Shown here piece after piece: positions 1 to 11,800 of a stretch of 64,000 bases of DNA. The notes beneath the pieces were generated by a model. It made no database searches, was not told the origin of the DNA, and saw nothing but the letters and a program-made list of their open reading frames with translations. The translations under genes were made by a program, and so were the position numbers. Every line of letters begins with the position of its first letter. Within the stretch, counting starts at the first letter, position 1. Source of the DNA: Pirellulales bacterium (GTDB lineage Bacteria; Planctomycetota; Planctomycetia; Pirellulales; JADZDJ01); assembly GCA_963719205.1 (NCBI GenBank), contig CAVRAW010000001.1, positions 258,639 through 322,638 on the forward strand. Direction: 5' to 3'.

Positions 1-265
1 CGTGATCGCTCGATACGGCTTCATGCAAACGCCGAACATCAAGAAACTTATGGAATGCGCCGAGGATGAAGGGATATTAAAAGCCGACGGCGAAATCACC
101 TATTTCATGCGCAGCGAATCGATCGTGCCAACCGATCGAGGACGGCTGAGCAAGTGGCGGAAGCGGTTTTACGCGTTCCTAAGCCGCAACTCGCAGGACG
201 CGACAAGCACCTGGAGCATCCCTGCCGATCAAGCGGTGGGATTGCGCGTGACGACGAAACTTTGA
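1..265 (+). CDS. kup: KUP/HAK/KT potassium uptake transporter, C-terminal fragment (5' part outside the window)
   Basis: The frame is open from the window edge to TGA 263-265. The translation ..YGFMQTPNIKKLMECAEDEGI..TYFMRSESIVP..RKRFYAFLSRNS.. follows the conserved C-terminal tail of Kup as I remember E. coli Kup (..YGWRETPNVEEVF..SFFMSHESL..LYLLLQRNA..). Confidence 0.85.
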   Translation, partial: VIARYGFMQTPNIKKLMECAEDEGILKADGEITYFMRSESIVPTDRGRLSKWRKRFYAFLSRNSQDATSTWSIPADQAVGLRVTTKL

Positions 266-281
266 TGGATCAATTTCGCGC

Positions 282-312
282 AAAAAAAGCCCAGGGGCTG
301 CAACCCCTGGGC
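282..312 (-). terminator. Rho-independent terminator between convergent genes (usable from both sides)
   Basis: gcccagggg (289-297) pairs with cccctgggc (304-312) around a 6-nt loop. A7 at 282-288 gives a T7 tail on the minus strand just after the stop of 342..1724. Confidence 0.8.
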
Positions 313-341
313 TTGTGAGTCACGCGGTAAATCATAAGTTG

Positions 342-1724
342 CTAGTTTCCGTTCCACCACCAGCTATCCGTGTGGGCTTTCATCGCCGCGGTGCGCACGG
401 GGCCAAGTTCGGCCGACGTATCGTGCTTCTGCACAATTGCCCAAGGCTGGAACTGCACGCCGCCGGAAACGCAGATGATCCAATCCTTTCCCTTTTTCAC
501 ATAGCTGGCTTTGCTGTCTACCTGCTTCGGCGGATTGTAGCGCGCCAATCCTAGCTTCTGATCGTTGTATAAACAGGTCGGGTGCAGATCGGCCTTCTCC
601 ATGAGTTGTTCTTTCATGAGCAAGGCGCCGACCACCGCCAGATCCATGCAATTGTGCAACTCGGCGAACAGCGGATCTTTCTGGGAAATCTCTTCGTAGT
701 GCGCCGTGAGCGAATCGGCCCACTTCCGCACATTCGGACTGACCGCTTGCGTTGTTTTCACGCGCTGGCCCGCCGCATTCACCAGGTCTTCCTCGGCCAT
801 CGCCATCACGCCCGGGCCGCGCAGCTCCCACGACATGCCGTCGGTATCGGTCAAGAGTGGCTCGTAGCGGGGCGCCAGCCACCAACGCGGCATGACGTTT
901 GTCACATTGGCCGCTGCGGCCCCGATTAGTTGCATGTAATTCTGCATGCCAGCGACCGGCAGCGGGTCGAATCCCATGGCCAATCGCTTCATCCGATAGT
1001 CCGCCGCCACCAGCACGTTGGCAAACCGGCTGCTGGCCGGCACGCCGTTGATCGAAATATTTTGCGCCCCCAGCGCTTGTTCCAAACCATGGATTGTCGC
1101 CTGAGGATCTGGCCCGATCGTTTTCTGCTGCGCCCGATAATTCGTCCACCGCTGCAAGCCTTCCGCCGTCGGATCCATCGACACGCTCACGCCGCCGTTA
1201 CGGGCGGCATCGGCAAATCGCAGGGCCACCAACAGATCGTCCAAATGCAACACGGGCCGTCCGGTGGTCACGCCCACCACATTTCCCATCGCATTGACTT
1301 GCCAACCTTCGGCCGGGCCGGCGAGAATCACATCCTTGCCGTCGGCATCGGCAAACACATATTGCACCCGCTGCAGTCCGGCCAGATATTTCACCTCATC
1401 CGGCAGCGGCTGATTCGCCTGCATGCATTGGGCTATTTTTTCATCCAGCTTCCTTAACGATACCATTCGCAGCGGCGCCATCTGGCTCATATCGCCCGGC
1501 ACCGGCTGCATCGCCTTTTGGCGAGCTTCGCGCAGTTCGGCCCCGTGCTGTGCATCGACGTTCGACAACACGCCGTCGACGTTGACCGACACGCCGCCCA
1601 CCGCCTGCTGGATGACCTGGGCCTGCGCGGGAGAACCCAGAATTGCCACAACCATCAGGCCCAAAATAAACGCCGCGGCATACAATAAATGCGGTCGCTG
1701 CGGCAGATACGAACGGCGGTACAT
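342..1724 (-). CDS. Secreted DUF1598-like protein (planctomycete family, recalled from memory)
   Basis: The ORF spans 342..1802. I start it at ATG 1724, where MYRRSYLPQRPHLLYAAAFILGLMVVAILGSPAQAQ reads as a signal peptide. The long frame has high third-position GC, and the overlapping ORFs in other frames are Arg/Gly-rich noise. Confidence 0.75.
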   Translation of the reverse strand: MYRRSYLPQRPHLLYAAAFILGLMVVAILGSPAQAQVIQQAVGGVSVNVDGVLSNVDAQHGAELREARQKAMQPVPGDMSQMAPLRMVSLRKLDEKIAQCMQANQPLPDEVKYLAGLQRVQYVFADADGKDVILAGPAEGWQVNAMGNVVGVTTGRPVLHLDDLLVALRFADAARNGGVSVSMDPTAEGLQRWTNYRAQQKTIGPDPQATIHGLEQALGAQNISINGVPASSRFANVLVAADYRMKRLAMGFDPLPVAGMQNYMQLIGAAAANVTNVMPRWWLAPRYEPLLTDTDGMSWELRGPGVMAMAEEDLVNAAGQRVKTTQAVSPNVRKWADSLTAHYEEISQKDPLFAELHNCMDLAVVGALLMKEQLMEKADLHPTCLYNDQKLGLARYNPPKQVDSKASYVKKGKDWIICVSGGVQFQPWAIVQKHDTSAELGPVRTAAMKAHTDSWWWNGN

Positions 1725-1987
1725 AAAACGCCTCGGGGTATGGCAAGAAGAGTCGGGAAATCGCGCAATAGTTATCCTAGTTGCCTGCCTGGCAGTCTGC
1801 AAGAAAATGGGCGAATTCCGCAGTTTAGTGCGGCCGCTCCCATCAAAATCCTTGCATACCTACGGGGCCACGGACTACCTTGAAGGGTGGCGCAGTTTTG
1901 CAGCAAAATCGAACACCGCGGCCATTCGGCGACTTCGCTTAGCAAAACTGCCGCCGCAGGGGTACTAATCGTAACGGGGAAACGGGC

Positions 1988-4038
1988 ATGCTCGCCTATC
2001 TGGTGATTCGTGAAGGATCCAAATGGACCGACGTGTTCCGGCTCACGCCGGGGCAATCGGTCACGCTGGGCCGTGCGCCCACCAACCAGATTGTGATGAA
2101 AGACGATCGCTGCAGCCGCACGCACGCCGAAATCTTCTTCTCGCAAGACCGCTGGGTGCTTCGCGATTTGGAAAGCCGCAACGGCACCATCGTCGGCGCC
2201 GAGCGCGTGCGCGGCGACTACATGCTTCAGCCGGGCGACGTCATCCGCGTCGGTCATTCGCAGTTGGCCTTCGTGCACGATCTGGCGGCGGCCTTCCCCG
2301 ATTCGTCGGCCGCCCCGCCCAAGAAGGCGCCGGCATCCCCTGGAGAAACGGTGATCACCGTCGGTCACGACGACGAAGCGCACGTGATGTCGACTCCCAC
2401 CGACGAGCCGACGAAAATCACGCACCGCCGCGGCCAAACTCGTTTCCTCGCGCCCGTGGCCGAGGAAGACGCGGCCACGCCGAAGGTTGGCCGTGCCGCC
2501 GCGCAATTGTGCCGCCTGGCCTTCGAAATGGCCAAGATCCCCGACCTCCGCTTGTGCACCAAGGCCGCGCTGGACGGACTGTTTGAAGGCACGCAAGTCG
2601 ATGCCGGCGCGGTGCTGTTGCTGCCGCGCTTCATGACCACCGAACCCACCGCCACCGATTTGGAAGTGGTCGCGTCGCGCACCGATTCGCCCTTGAATTA
2701 TCAGCGCGTTTCCAACTTCGTGGCCACCACCGTGCTGCGCGAAGGGGAAGCGGTGCTGGCGCGCAACGTGATGGGCGATAGCGCACTGTCAATTCGCGAC
2801 AGCAAAGGCGAATTTCACGCCACCAGTATCTTGTGCGCACCCATCCGCAAAAGCGAACGTCCGCTGGGAGTCATCCACTTGTATTCCACCCAGCCCGATC
2901 GCATGCCCGATCCCGACGATCTGGAGTTCACCCTGGCCGTGGCCGATACGTTGGCCGTGGCTTTGGAGAATCTGAATCGCCGCTTGGAACTGGCCGAAGA
3001 TCTCACGCAAATCCGCGACGAAAACCTGCAATTGCGCGAACGGCTGGGCGTGGAAAGCGAAATCATCGGATCCAGCGTTGTGATGAACAAAGTACAGCGC
3101 GATATCGGCCGTGCCGCGCCCAATCGGGCCACCGTGCTGATCCGCGGCGAAAGCGGCGTGGGAAAAGAACTCGTCGCGCGGGCGATCCATTTTTCCAGCC
3201 CGCGCAGGAAGGGTCCGTTCTGCGTGCTCAATTGCGCGGCGCTTTCGGAAAGCTTGCTGGAAAGCGAACTGTTCGGCCACGAGCGCGGCGCATTTACCGG
3301 CGCCACCGAACGCAAGATCGGCAAGTTCGAAGGGGCCGACAGCGGCACGTTGATGCTGGATGAAATCGGCGAGATGAGCCCCACGATCCAGGCGAAATTC
3401 CTGCGCGTGTTGGAAGGGCATCCCTTCGAGCGCGTCGGCGGCAGCGAGCCCATTCAAGTGGACGTGCGGGTGATCGCCGCCACGAACCGCGATTTGGAAC
3501 GTGCCGTGGCCGAGGGCACTTTCCGCCGCGATTTATTTTTCCGCCTGCACGTGCTGGAAGTGTTTGTGCCGGCGCTGCGGAAGCATCCCGAGGATATCTC
3601 CGATCTATCGCAGCATTTCCTGCAGAAATTCAACGCGGAAACGGGGCGAAAAATCCGCGGCTTTTCCCGCGAAGCCATGGAGCACATGCTGCGCTATCGC
3701 TGGCCGGGCAACGTGCGCGAACTGAAAAACGTCGTCGAACGGGCCGTGGTGCTGGCGCCAGCGAGATCATCGACGTTGAGGATCTCACCTTGTCGAAACT
3801 GTCGACCGCCGGCGACACGGGCGATCTGATACCGTCGCAAGCCAACGCCTTCGAGCCCATGTCGTTGGACGAATTGGAACGGCGTCACATTCTGGCCACG
3901 CTCAATTCCAACAACTGGAACAAAAGCCAGACGGCACGCATCCTGGGCATCGAACGATCGACGTTGGATCGCAAGATCGATCGCTATCAGCTCGACGCCG
4001 ATTTGCCGCAACGGGGCCGCGCCGCCAGACCCTCCTGA
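1988..4038 (+). pseudogene. FHA-GAF-sigma54 AAA+ enhancer-binding protein, frameshifted just before its Fis-type HTH
   Basis: ORF 1988..3829 carries an FHA domain ([26 protein letters not shown]), a GAF-like region, and an AAA+ module with [14 protein letters not shown] and [19 protein letters not shown]. It then runs into a nonsense tail. The expected continuation [13 protein letters not shown]...RRHILATLNSNNWNKSQTARILGIERSTLDRKI is in the frame of ORF 3790..4038. The switch is at ~3755-3760 (ctgGCGCCagc) and needs +1 nt to repair. Confidence 0.85.
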
Positions 4039-4050
4039 ATCGATCGGGCC

Positions 4051-5133
4051 ATGAACCAAGGATCGATGCACGTGCTTCACCCGCGCCGCGCCTTCTCGCT
4101 TGTCGAATTACTGGTGGTCATCGCCATCATTTCGGTGCTCATCAGCTTGCTGTTGCCGGCGGTGCAGGCGGCGCGGGAAGCGGCGCGAAATCTCGAGTGC
4201 CGCAGCCATTTGAAACAGCTTGCGCTGGCCACGCTAAATTACGAAAGCTCGCACAGGTGCTATCCGCCGGCCGGACTGTGCGGCGAGCGAATCCAAGACT
4301 TCTACGAAGGACCGTTCAACCCGCGCGGCGGCCCCATGCTGAGTTGGGTCGTGCTGATCTTGCCGTTCATGGAAGAAACGGGCCTGTATCGCCAGTTCGA
4401 TCTGAAGCAAAGCGTCTTGCAACAGGCCGGCGACCCTCAGGCCGCCCCGCTGCCGATGATGACCTGCCCCAGCGACATCGCCCCGGGGCGATTCTTCTCG
4501 GACAGTTCCCTCACCGCTGGAAAGCGCTTTGCCAAGGGCAACTACGCCGCATTTGTCTCCCCCTACCACACCAGCTATGCCGACTTGTGGCCCGGCGGAT
4601 TAAGCGGCGCGCACCGTTATGCATTCAAAGACGTGCTCGACGGCGTCACGAATACGCTGCTGTTTTCCGAGGTGCGCACCCGAAGTCAGGAACAAGATCA
4701 GCGCGGCGCTCGGGCGCTTCCCTGGACCGGCTCCAGCTTGTTGGCCTTCGACATGCACGACGCAACTTACCCTGAAGTTAGCGACGATTTGAATCAGCGC
4801 TATCAACGCTCCGGGCTGCTGTTCAGCCCGGCGCCAGGCAGCATGGGCTCGACGCAGCCTCCCAACAATCTTGGGCCGAATCTGGACATGCTTTATGTTT
4901 GTCCCGATCCCTCCGACGCACAGCTCGACGGCATACCCTGCGGCGAGTTCGCCACCGGCGGCATGTGGGGATTTCTTTCCGCCGCGCCGCGCAGCCGCCA
5001 TCCCGGCGGAGTCAATGTGGTCTTCCTCGACGGACACGTCGGCTTGTTGAGCGACATCATCGACGAGCGAATCATGGCGTATCTGGTTTCCAGCAGCGAC
5101 GGTCAGACGATCGACATCTCGCAGGTCCGATGA
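4051..5133 (+). CDS. DUF1559 / H-X9-DG protein with prepilin-type N-terminal methylation motif
   Basis: The N-terminus AFSLVELLVVIAIISVLISLLLPAVQAAREAAR is a type IV pilin-like leader. The C-terminal HPGGVNVVFLDGHV is the H-X9-DG motif. An alternative start at ATG 4066 is preceded by aagga. Confidence 0.9.
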   Translation: MNQGSMHVLHPRRAFSLVELLVVIAIISVLISLLLPAVQAAREAARNLECRSHLKQLALATLNYESSHRCYPPAGLCGERIQDFYEGPFNPRGGPMLSWVVLILPFMEETGLYRQFDLKQSVLQQAGDPQAAPLPMMTCPSDIAPGRFFSDSSLTAGKRFAKGNYAAFVSPYHTSYADLWPGGLSGAHRYAFKDVLDGVTNTLLFSEVRTRSQEQDQRGARALPWTGSSLLAFDMHDATYPEVSDDLNQRYQRSGLLFSPAPGSMGSTQPPNNLGPNLDMLYVCPDPSDAQLDGIPCGEFATGGMWGFLSAAPRSRHPGGVNVVFLDGHVGLLSDIIDERIMAYLVSSSDGQTIDISQVR

Positions 5134-5149
5134 AAACGCGCGCCGTGCG

Positions 5150-5518
5150 TTGGTGCAAAGCAATGACACACGTCCGCTACATTTCGATCATTGCGATCAT
5201 CATCGGCGTGGCTTTGGTGAGCGCGCCTGGTGGTGGCCTGCGGTTGTCGGTGGCCATCGCGCCTGGTCCAAGGCGCAGGCCGCCGAATACGCCCAGGCGG
5301 CGGCCAATTATCACCGGCTGGCGCACGATCGATTGCAGCAGCCCGCCGTGGAATTAAATTCCGCGCAAGCGCGGTACACTCAGAATCGAGACGCGCTGGT
5401 GCAGGCCCGCTGCGCAGGCCAGTCGGCGGCGGCCGTCATGCAATGCCTGGGCATCACGACGGTTTTCGCAGGGCTGCTCGCCTACTCCGCGCTGCGGCAA
5501 GGCGATAAACCCGCCTAA
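5150..5518 (+). CDS. Small hypothetical membrane protein, probably frameshifted near its 5' end
   Basis: Third-position GC is high in the frame of ATG 5130/5163 (MTHVRYISIIAIIIGVALVSA, a TM helix) up to ~5225. After that it is high in the frame of ORF 5150..5518 (..WWWPAVVGGHRAWSKAQAAEYAQ...LGITTVFAGLLAYSAL). The switch is at gaGCGCGCCtgg (5221-5228). ATG 5130 overlaps the DUF1559 stop as ATGA. No family recognised. Confidence 0.4.
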   Translation: MVQSNDTRPLHFDHCDHHRRGFGERAWWWPAVVGGHRAWSKAQAAEYAQAAANYHRLAHDRLQQPAVELNSAQARYTQNRDALVQARCAGQSAAAVMQCLGITTVFAGLLAYSALRQGDKPA

Positions 5519-5542
5519 CCCAGTCTCCACAGCCGCTTCCCG

Positions 5543-5977
5543 TTACTCTGTCGGCGTCTGGTCCTTGTGGACGCTGGCCATGGTGGTGGTGGTTGCGGGT
5601 GTCGCTCGGGCGATGAATTCTTCAACCGCCTCGGGGCTTTGGGCGCCGATCATGCGATCCACATGCCAACCTTCGGCAGTCTTCGTGTAGATCACCAATT
5701 GCGGGATCCGAGTGCCCGACATTAACTGGTTCGCCAGCGGGCCTTCGCGATCGGTGTTCACATGCGCAAAGGCAACCTTGTTCAGATCGCCGCGGGCGGC
5801 CAACTTTGGCATCACCGTATTTCGCATTGTCTGACAGCCTGGGCACCAATCGGCGCCGACCAAAACGACCAACGGCTTGCCAGTATCCACGGTATCTTGG
5901 TATGCGGTCTTGTAGGTGTCGGCGCCGGTGGCGAGCAAACTCACCTGTAACAATGCGGTCAGGGCAATGCTATTCAC
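5543..5977 (-). CDS. Secreted thioredoxin-family protein
   Basis: A signal-peptide-like N-terminus (MNSIALTALLQVSLLATGA) is followed by ..VVLVGADWCPGCQ.. (a WCPGC active site) and a thioredoxin-fold length. Confidence 0.85.
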   Translation of the reverse strand: MNSIALTALLQVSLLATGADTYKTAYQDTVDTGKPLVVLVGADWCPGCQTMRNTVMPKLAARGDLNKVAFAHVNTDREGPLANQLMSGTRIPQLVIYTKTAEGWHVDRMIGAQSPEAVEEFIARATPATTTTMASVHKDQTPTE

Positions 5978-6585
5978 GGATAGATCTCCTAGTTGGCTTG
6001 AATCGTGACGATGGGTAAATCAACGATTCCCACGCCCGGCGAAGGGCGGACTCCGATGCCAGATTGGCCGGCGGCTGAAGGCTCCTTCCCGAATTGGTTG
6101 GCCACGGCGACGACCAGCCGAGAACGGCTGTGTGGTGGGCTCGTCGCGCTGTGCCTTCCGTCGTGGTTGGCTTCCTTCTGCGTTGTCTCCGTTCGACCAA
6201 CGTGCAAAACACTCGGATCAGGGAAGGCCGTAGTCTAAGTGGGTAAAATAAACGTGCAAGGGGGCGATGAGCAAAATTTAACGATTACATAAACTTTGTC
6301 GTCGCGCCAGCAGTGCGTACCACACCAGACACATCGCCTACACCGGATTACCCAGTTTCACCCATCGACCGCTTAACTCGGGAAGGTGTGATCGAATCCC
6401 TCAGGCGCACCTAGCCGAATCGACCGGTCTGGCGCGACCATACGGCAAAGCTTCGCTCATTGTGTCATGCGGATGTCGACCGATATAATCGTGCGGCTGA
6501 TTTGCACCCCATTTGCTGGGCCACGCGCCGAAAACGCCGATCACAGCCGGTTTTTTACGCACGGTTTACCAATCTTGGCTCTCCC

Positions 6586-7603
6586 ATGAAGCTCCGTGTC
6601 GGCCTGGTCGGCTTGGGTAAGGGATGGGAGGTGCGCCATCGTCCGGCGCTGCGAGCTCTGGGCGATCGCTTCGAAGTGCGTGCCGTCTGTGAACAGGTCG
6701 CACAGCGGGCCGAGCAAGCAGCCCGAGATTTCGGGGCCACAACCGTCGATGGTTTTCGCGCCCTGGCCAGCCGCGACGATATTGATGCGATTTTGATGTT
6801 GGCCGAACAGTGGTACGGATGGCTGCCAATTCTGGCCGCCTGCGAAGCCGGCAAGGCAATCTACTGCGCCACGCCGCTGCAACTCACTTTAGATGAAGCG
6901 CGACATCAAGCAGCGAGTAGATAAAGCCGGCGTTGCATTCATGGCGGAATTCCCGCGGCGGCAATACGCCGCCACGCTGCGACTGAAGGAACTGATCGCC
7001 ACGCGATTGGGCGAACCGCGATTGCTGTTCTGCCATCGCCGCGTTCCGGTCGGCGAGAATGTTCCCAAGCACGAGGACCCGAAGGACACAGGCCCCGACA
7101 CCGGCGACCTGGTGGAACTGGTCGATTGGTGTCATTACGTGGTCGGCCGCGAATCGACCTCCGTGCTGGGAATGATGCACAGCGCGTCGTCGGCCTCTTT
7201 CGGCGACGACTACCGGATGATGAGTCTCGATTTTTCTCCCCCGGGGCAACATGCCGGCACCGGCGTCGTGGCTCAAATCAGCTCCGGCTACTACATGCCG
7301 ATGGGCTGGGAAGAGGCGGTTTCGTTTCGCCCACCGCCGGCATTGCAGGTGGCCTGCGAGCACGGCATCGCATTTGTCGATTTGCCAGCCCAGGTCATCT
7401 GGTTCGATAAGGCCGGCCGGCATCAAGAATCGCTCGACACGGAACGGCCAGTCGGCGAGCAATTGCTCTCTCAGTTCCACCGGTCCGTTACCAGCCTGGT
7501 TCGCAATCCGGCCGGGCTGGAGGACGCCTACCGGGCGCTGGTCGTGGTTTTGGCAGCCCGCCGGAGCCATGAGGAAGGGCGTCGGATACCGCTGTCGTTT
7601 TGA
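6586..7603 (+). pseudogene. Gfo/Idh/MocA-family NAD(P)-dependent oxidoreductase, frameshifted
   Basis: MKLRVGLVGLGKGW..DIDAILMLAEQWYGWLPILAACEAGKAIYCATPLQLTLDEA (frame of ORF 6460..6924) continues as ..DIKQRVDKAGVAFMAEFPRRQYAATLRLKELIATRLGEP.. (ORF 6893..7603). The break is at gaaGCGCGac ~6898-6903. Confidence 0.8.
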
Positions 7604-7936
7604 GAGCTGCCGGCTTACTAGGCGTCTGGAACTACTTGAACCATCGGGGACGCCACCGCCAGGCGATCACCGCCTCGCTCTTATCTTAACGCCAGGCAAT
7701 AGGTTAACCGCGGTTTGAGCGGCGGACTTACCCGCGCCTTGTAAGCGTTGGAACATCTGCGACCACCTTGGGTCGAAAAACGCCAAAGATTTCGCAAAAA
7801 AGCTTGTGTCGCCTAATCCCGTTGGTATCATGGGGAAGCGTAAAAATTTCCGTAATCAGCATGCCTCCGAGAACCCAATTCTTCCCGGCGGCGGCCCGCC
7901 TTTTACATCCTGATTGACCCCAAACGAACAAACTGT

Positions 7937-8707
7937 ATGGAAACGGTTAGTAAGGTAATGCTCGTGACGAAGAATCGTACTCGCCATGCCTGTTTTCGGT
8001 TGGGGCTCTCGCTGTTTTGTCTGATTGCTGCAGGAACTTGGGCTAGTACGACGCAGGCCGACTGGATCGCCGGCTTTCCGCCGGAACCCGGCATCAGCCA
8101 GTCGCCCACCAACTTGGACATGACTCATTGGCTGTTGACCGTCAGCTATGACGGCGCCGGCAATTTCTCGGTATACAGCCAGTATCCGGGCGTAGGTGTG
8201 TTGAACAACTTCTCGGATCCCATTTACGACATCGGCCCGAATACGGCGCTGAACATCGCATTGCAGATCAATCCGACGACCGGCGCACCGATCAGCGGCA
8301 GCTTGATCATCACGGGCGACGCGTCAACGTATTACACGGCAAGCCCCACTGGCACCCTGTTGACCGGTGACATTTCGCAGTTCGGCTATGCCGAACCCGG
8401 CAATACCACCCCCGGTGCGGAACATTTCGAATTCCTGTTCACCACCACGGGCGGCGATCTGGCAGCTTGGTATCCATCGATCGCCATCAACTTGACTTTT
8501 GTCGAAATCAATTTCAGCGGCGTCTTCGGAAACACGCCGTTTGAAAACACCGATTCGTACAGCGCCCAGTCGGATACATTTTCTGGGCCGACGCCGGTGC
8601 CAGAACCCGCTTCGCTTTCCCTGTTGTGCTTCGGAGCGCTCGCCGTGTCGACGGGGCTGGGCATTCTGCGTGGTACCAAAGTGCTGCGTGGGACTCCAAT
8701 GAGATAA
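7937..8707 (+). CDS. PEP-CTERM sorting-domain protein
   Basis: There is an N-terminal signal peptide (..LSLFCLIAAGTWASTTQA). The C-terminal ..PTPVPEPASLSLLCFGALAVSTGLGILRG.. is a PEP motif plus TM helix plus basic tail. ATG 7958 is an alternative start. Confidence 0.8.
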   Translation: METVSKVMLVTKNRTRHACFRLGLSLFCLIAAGTWASTTQADWIAGFPPEPGISQSPTNLDMTHWLLTVSYDGAGNFSVYSQYPGVGVLNNFSDPIYDIGPNTALNIALQINPTTGAPISGSLIITGDASTYYTASPTGTLLTGDISQFGYAEPGNTTPGAEHFEFLFTTTGGDLAAWYPSIAINLTFVEINFSGVFGNTPFENTDSYSAQSDTFSGPTPVPEPASLSLLCFGALAVSTGLGILRGTKVLRGTPMR

Positions 8708-8852
8708 GTCGGCAGGTCGCCGCGCGGTAATCTTTTTACCCCCGTTCGGCGAATATCTCGAAAATAACCACGCCTCAAATAATCCACACCTTAGATTTGC
8801 TACCTTCGATTTTAGCTGTTTCATCTATTCTTCCAATCCCCGGAGTCGGGCC

Positions 8853-11800
8853 ATGTCTCTCCGCCACTCTGAACGTGTAGCCGTATGTCATCCCAAGAAG
8901 CGCCAATCAAAATCGCTTCGCTCGCCAAAGCGCTTTGCGGTCGAACCGCTTGAGCATCGCCACTTGCTCACGCTGTTGGGTGTCAGTCCCTCTTTCCCGA
9001 CGATCACGTACGACAGCACGGGCACGGTGACGTACAACGCGACGACGCACAATTTTGATTTAGCTGCCTCGCCGCTGCTTTTTAAAGCTAGCGCCGTTGC
9101 GCCGACACAAGTCGTCACCACGCCGCGCAGCTTCACGATCAACGTCCAGATCGATAACTCAGGAAACCTGATCCCAAATCTCTTGACGAGCGACTTGATC
9201 GTCACAGGAACCATCGTCGGCAATCCGGGGCTCAGCGGCACAATTCTGACCGCCAAAGTCATTGCAGTTGGTTACCAGTACACCGGCAGCGGCACCGACA
9301 ATTACGACTTCATCGCGATCCCCACCGGCGGCACGCTGTTTTCCATGTTCGCCGGTCAAGACGTCGGTATCACGGTCGCGTCGGCCAACTCGACCTTTAC
9401 GAATAACTTCAACGTCAATTTCAGCGGATTGGCCAAGGGAACCATCGGGTCGGTCCCGCTGTTCACCGGCAACATCAACGGCACGAAGTACAACGACATC
9501 ACCGGCAACGGCATCACCGGCGACGACACCGGCATGGGCGGAGTGACCATCAATCTGTTCCGCGATTTGGATAACAGCGGCACGCTCACCCCTGGCGACG
9601 GGCCGGCCATCGCCACCACGACCACCGCCGCAGGCACCGGCGCCTATTCCTTCGCGAACCTCGTCCCGGGCACCTACTTTGTTCAGGAAACTGTTCCCGC
9701 CGGCCAAACGCAGACCGCCGGCGGCACCTACACCGTGAACGTCACTTCCGGCAGCACTGCGAACAACATCAATTTTGCCGACTTCAAGAACATTTCAATC
9801 AGCGGCACCAAGTTCAACGATCTGACCGGCGACGGCTTCTCCGCCGACGACACGGGCTTGGGCGGCGTCACGATCAATCTGTATCTCAACGGTGGTTCGA
9901 CACCGGTGGCTTCAACGGTCACGGCGGCAGACGGATCCTATAGCTTCAGCAACCTCGGCCCGGGCACCTACTTCGTTCAGGAAGCGGTTCCGCCTGGCTC
10001 GACGCAGACAGGTGGAAACGCCGGCTACACGATTAATGCCGCCAGCGGCTCGAACTCGACCGGCAACAATTTCGGCAACTTCTCGAACGTTGCGATCACC
10101 GGCACCAAATTCAACGACATCACCGGCGATGGCTTTAGCGCAGATGATACCCCGTTGGCCGGCGTCACGATCAATCTGTATCTCAACGGCGGCAGCACGC
10201 CGATCGCTTCGACCGTGACCGCCGCCGATGGCTCCTTCGCCTTCAACAACCTTGGCCCGGGCACGTACTACGTTCAGGAAACGGTTCCGGCTGGTTGGAC
10301 GCAAACCGGCGGCACCGGTGGTTACACCATTACGACCACCAGCGGTTCGGGATCTTCGGGCAACAATTTTGACGATTTCCACAACATCTCGATCTCCGGC
10401 ACCAAGTTCAACGACCTCACCGGAAATGGCATCACCGGCGATGACACCGGCTTGGGCGGCGTGACCGTCAACTTGTATCTCAACGGCGGCTCGACGCCGG
10501 TCGCTTCGACCGTGACCGCAGCCGATGGCTCCTACAGCTTCACCAACCTCGGCCCCGGAAGCTACACGGTGCAGGAAGTCGTGCCCGCCGGTTCGACGCA
10601 AACCGCCGGCAACGCAGGCTACACGGTGAGCGCCACCAGTGGCTCGAATTCCTCGGGCAACAATTTCGCCAACTTCGCGAACATCTCGATCTCCGGCACC
10701 AAGTTCAACGACCTCACCGGAAATGGCATCACCGGCGATGACACCGGCTTGGGCGGCGTGACCGTCAACTTGTATCTCAACGGCGGCTCGACGCCGGTCG
10801 CTTCGACCGTGACCGCAGCCGATGGCTCCTACAGCTTCACCAACCTCGGCCCCGGAAGCTACACGGTGCAGGAAGTCGTGCCCGCCGGTTCGACGCAAAC
10901 CGCCGGCAACGCAGGCTACACGGTGAGCGCCACCAGTGGCTCGAATTCCTCGGGCAACAATTTCGCCAACTTCGCGAACATCTCGATCTCCGGCACCAAG
11001 TTCAACGACCTCACCGGAAATGGCATCACCGGCGATGACACCGGCTTGGGCGGCGTGACCGTCAACTTGTATCTCAACGGCGGCTCGACGCCGGTCGCTT
11101 CGACCGTGACCGCAGCCGATGGCTCCTACAGCTTCACCAACCTCGGCCCCGGAAGCTACACGGTGCAGGAAGTCGTGCCCGCCGGTTCGACGCAAACCGC
11201 CGGCAACGCAGGCTACACGGTGAGCGCCACCAGTGGCTCGAATTCCTCGGGCAACAATTTCGCCAACTTCGCGAACATCTCGATCTCCGGCACCAAGTTC
11301 AACGACCTCACCGGAAATGGCATCACCGGCGATGACACCGGCTTGGGCGGCGTGACCGTCAACTTGTATCTCAACGGCGGCTCGACGCCGGTCGCTTCGA
11401 CCGTGACCGCAGCCGATGGCTCCTACAGCTTCACCAACCTCGGCCCCGGAAGCTACACGGTGCAGGAAGTCGTGCCCGCCGGTTCGACGCAAACCGCCGG
11501 CAACGCAGGCTACACGGTGAGCGCCACCAGTGGCTCGAATTCCTCGGGCAACAATTTCGCCAACTTCGCGAACATCTCGATCTCCGGCACCAAGTTCAAC
11601 GACCTCACCGGAAATGGCATCACCGGCGATGACACCGGCTTGGGCGGCGTGACCGTCAACTTGTATCTCAACGGCGGCTCGACGCCGGTCGCTTCGACCG
11701 TGACCGCAGCCGATGGCTCCTACAGCTTCACCAACCTCGGCCCCGGAAGCTACACGGTGCAGGAAGTCGTGCCCGCCGGTTCGACGCAAACCGCCGGCAA

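Noticed and set aside
6381-6411. A tRNA-like T-arm/acceptor fragment (ggaaggtgtgatcgaatccctcaggcgcacc), considered as a tRNA gene or an integration-site remnant.
   Set aside because: The T-stem does not pair (gtgtg versus ccctc). I could find no matching 5' acceptor strand within 80 nt upstream, and no D-arm or anticodon arm.
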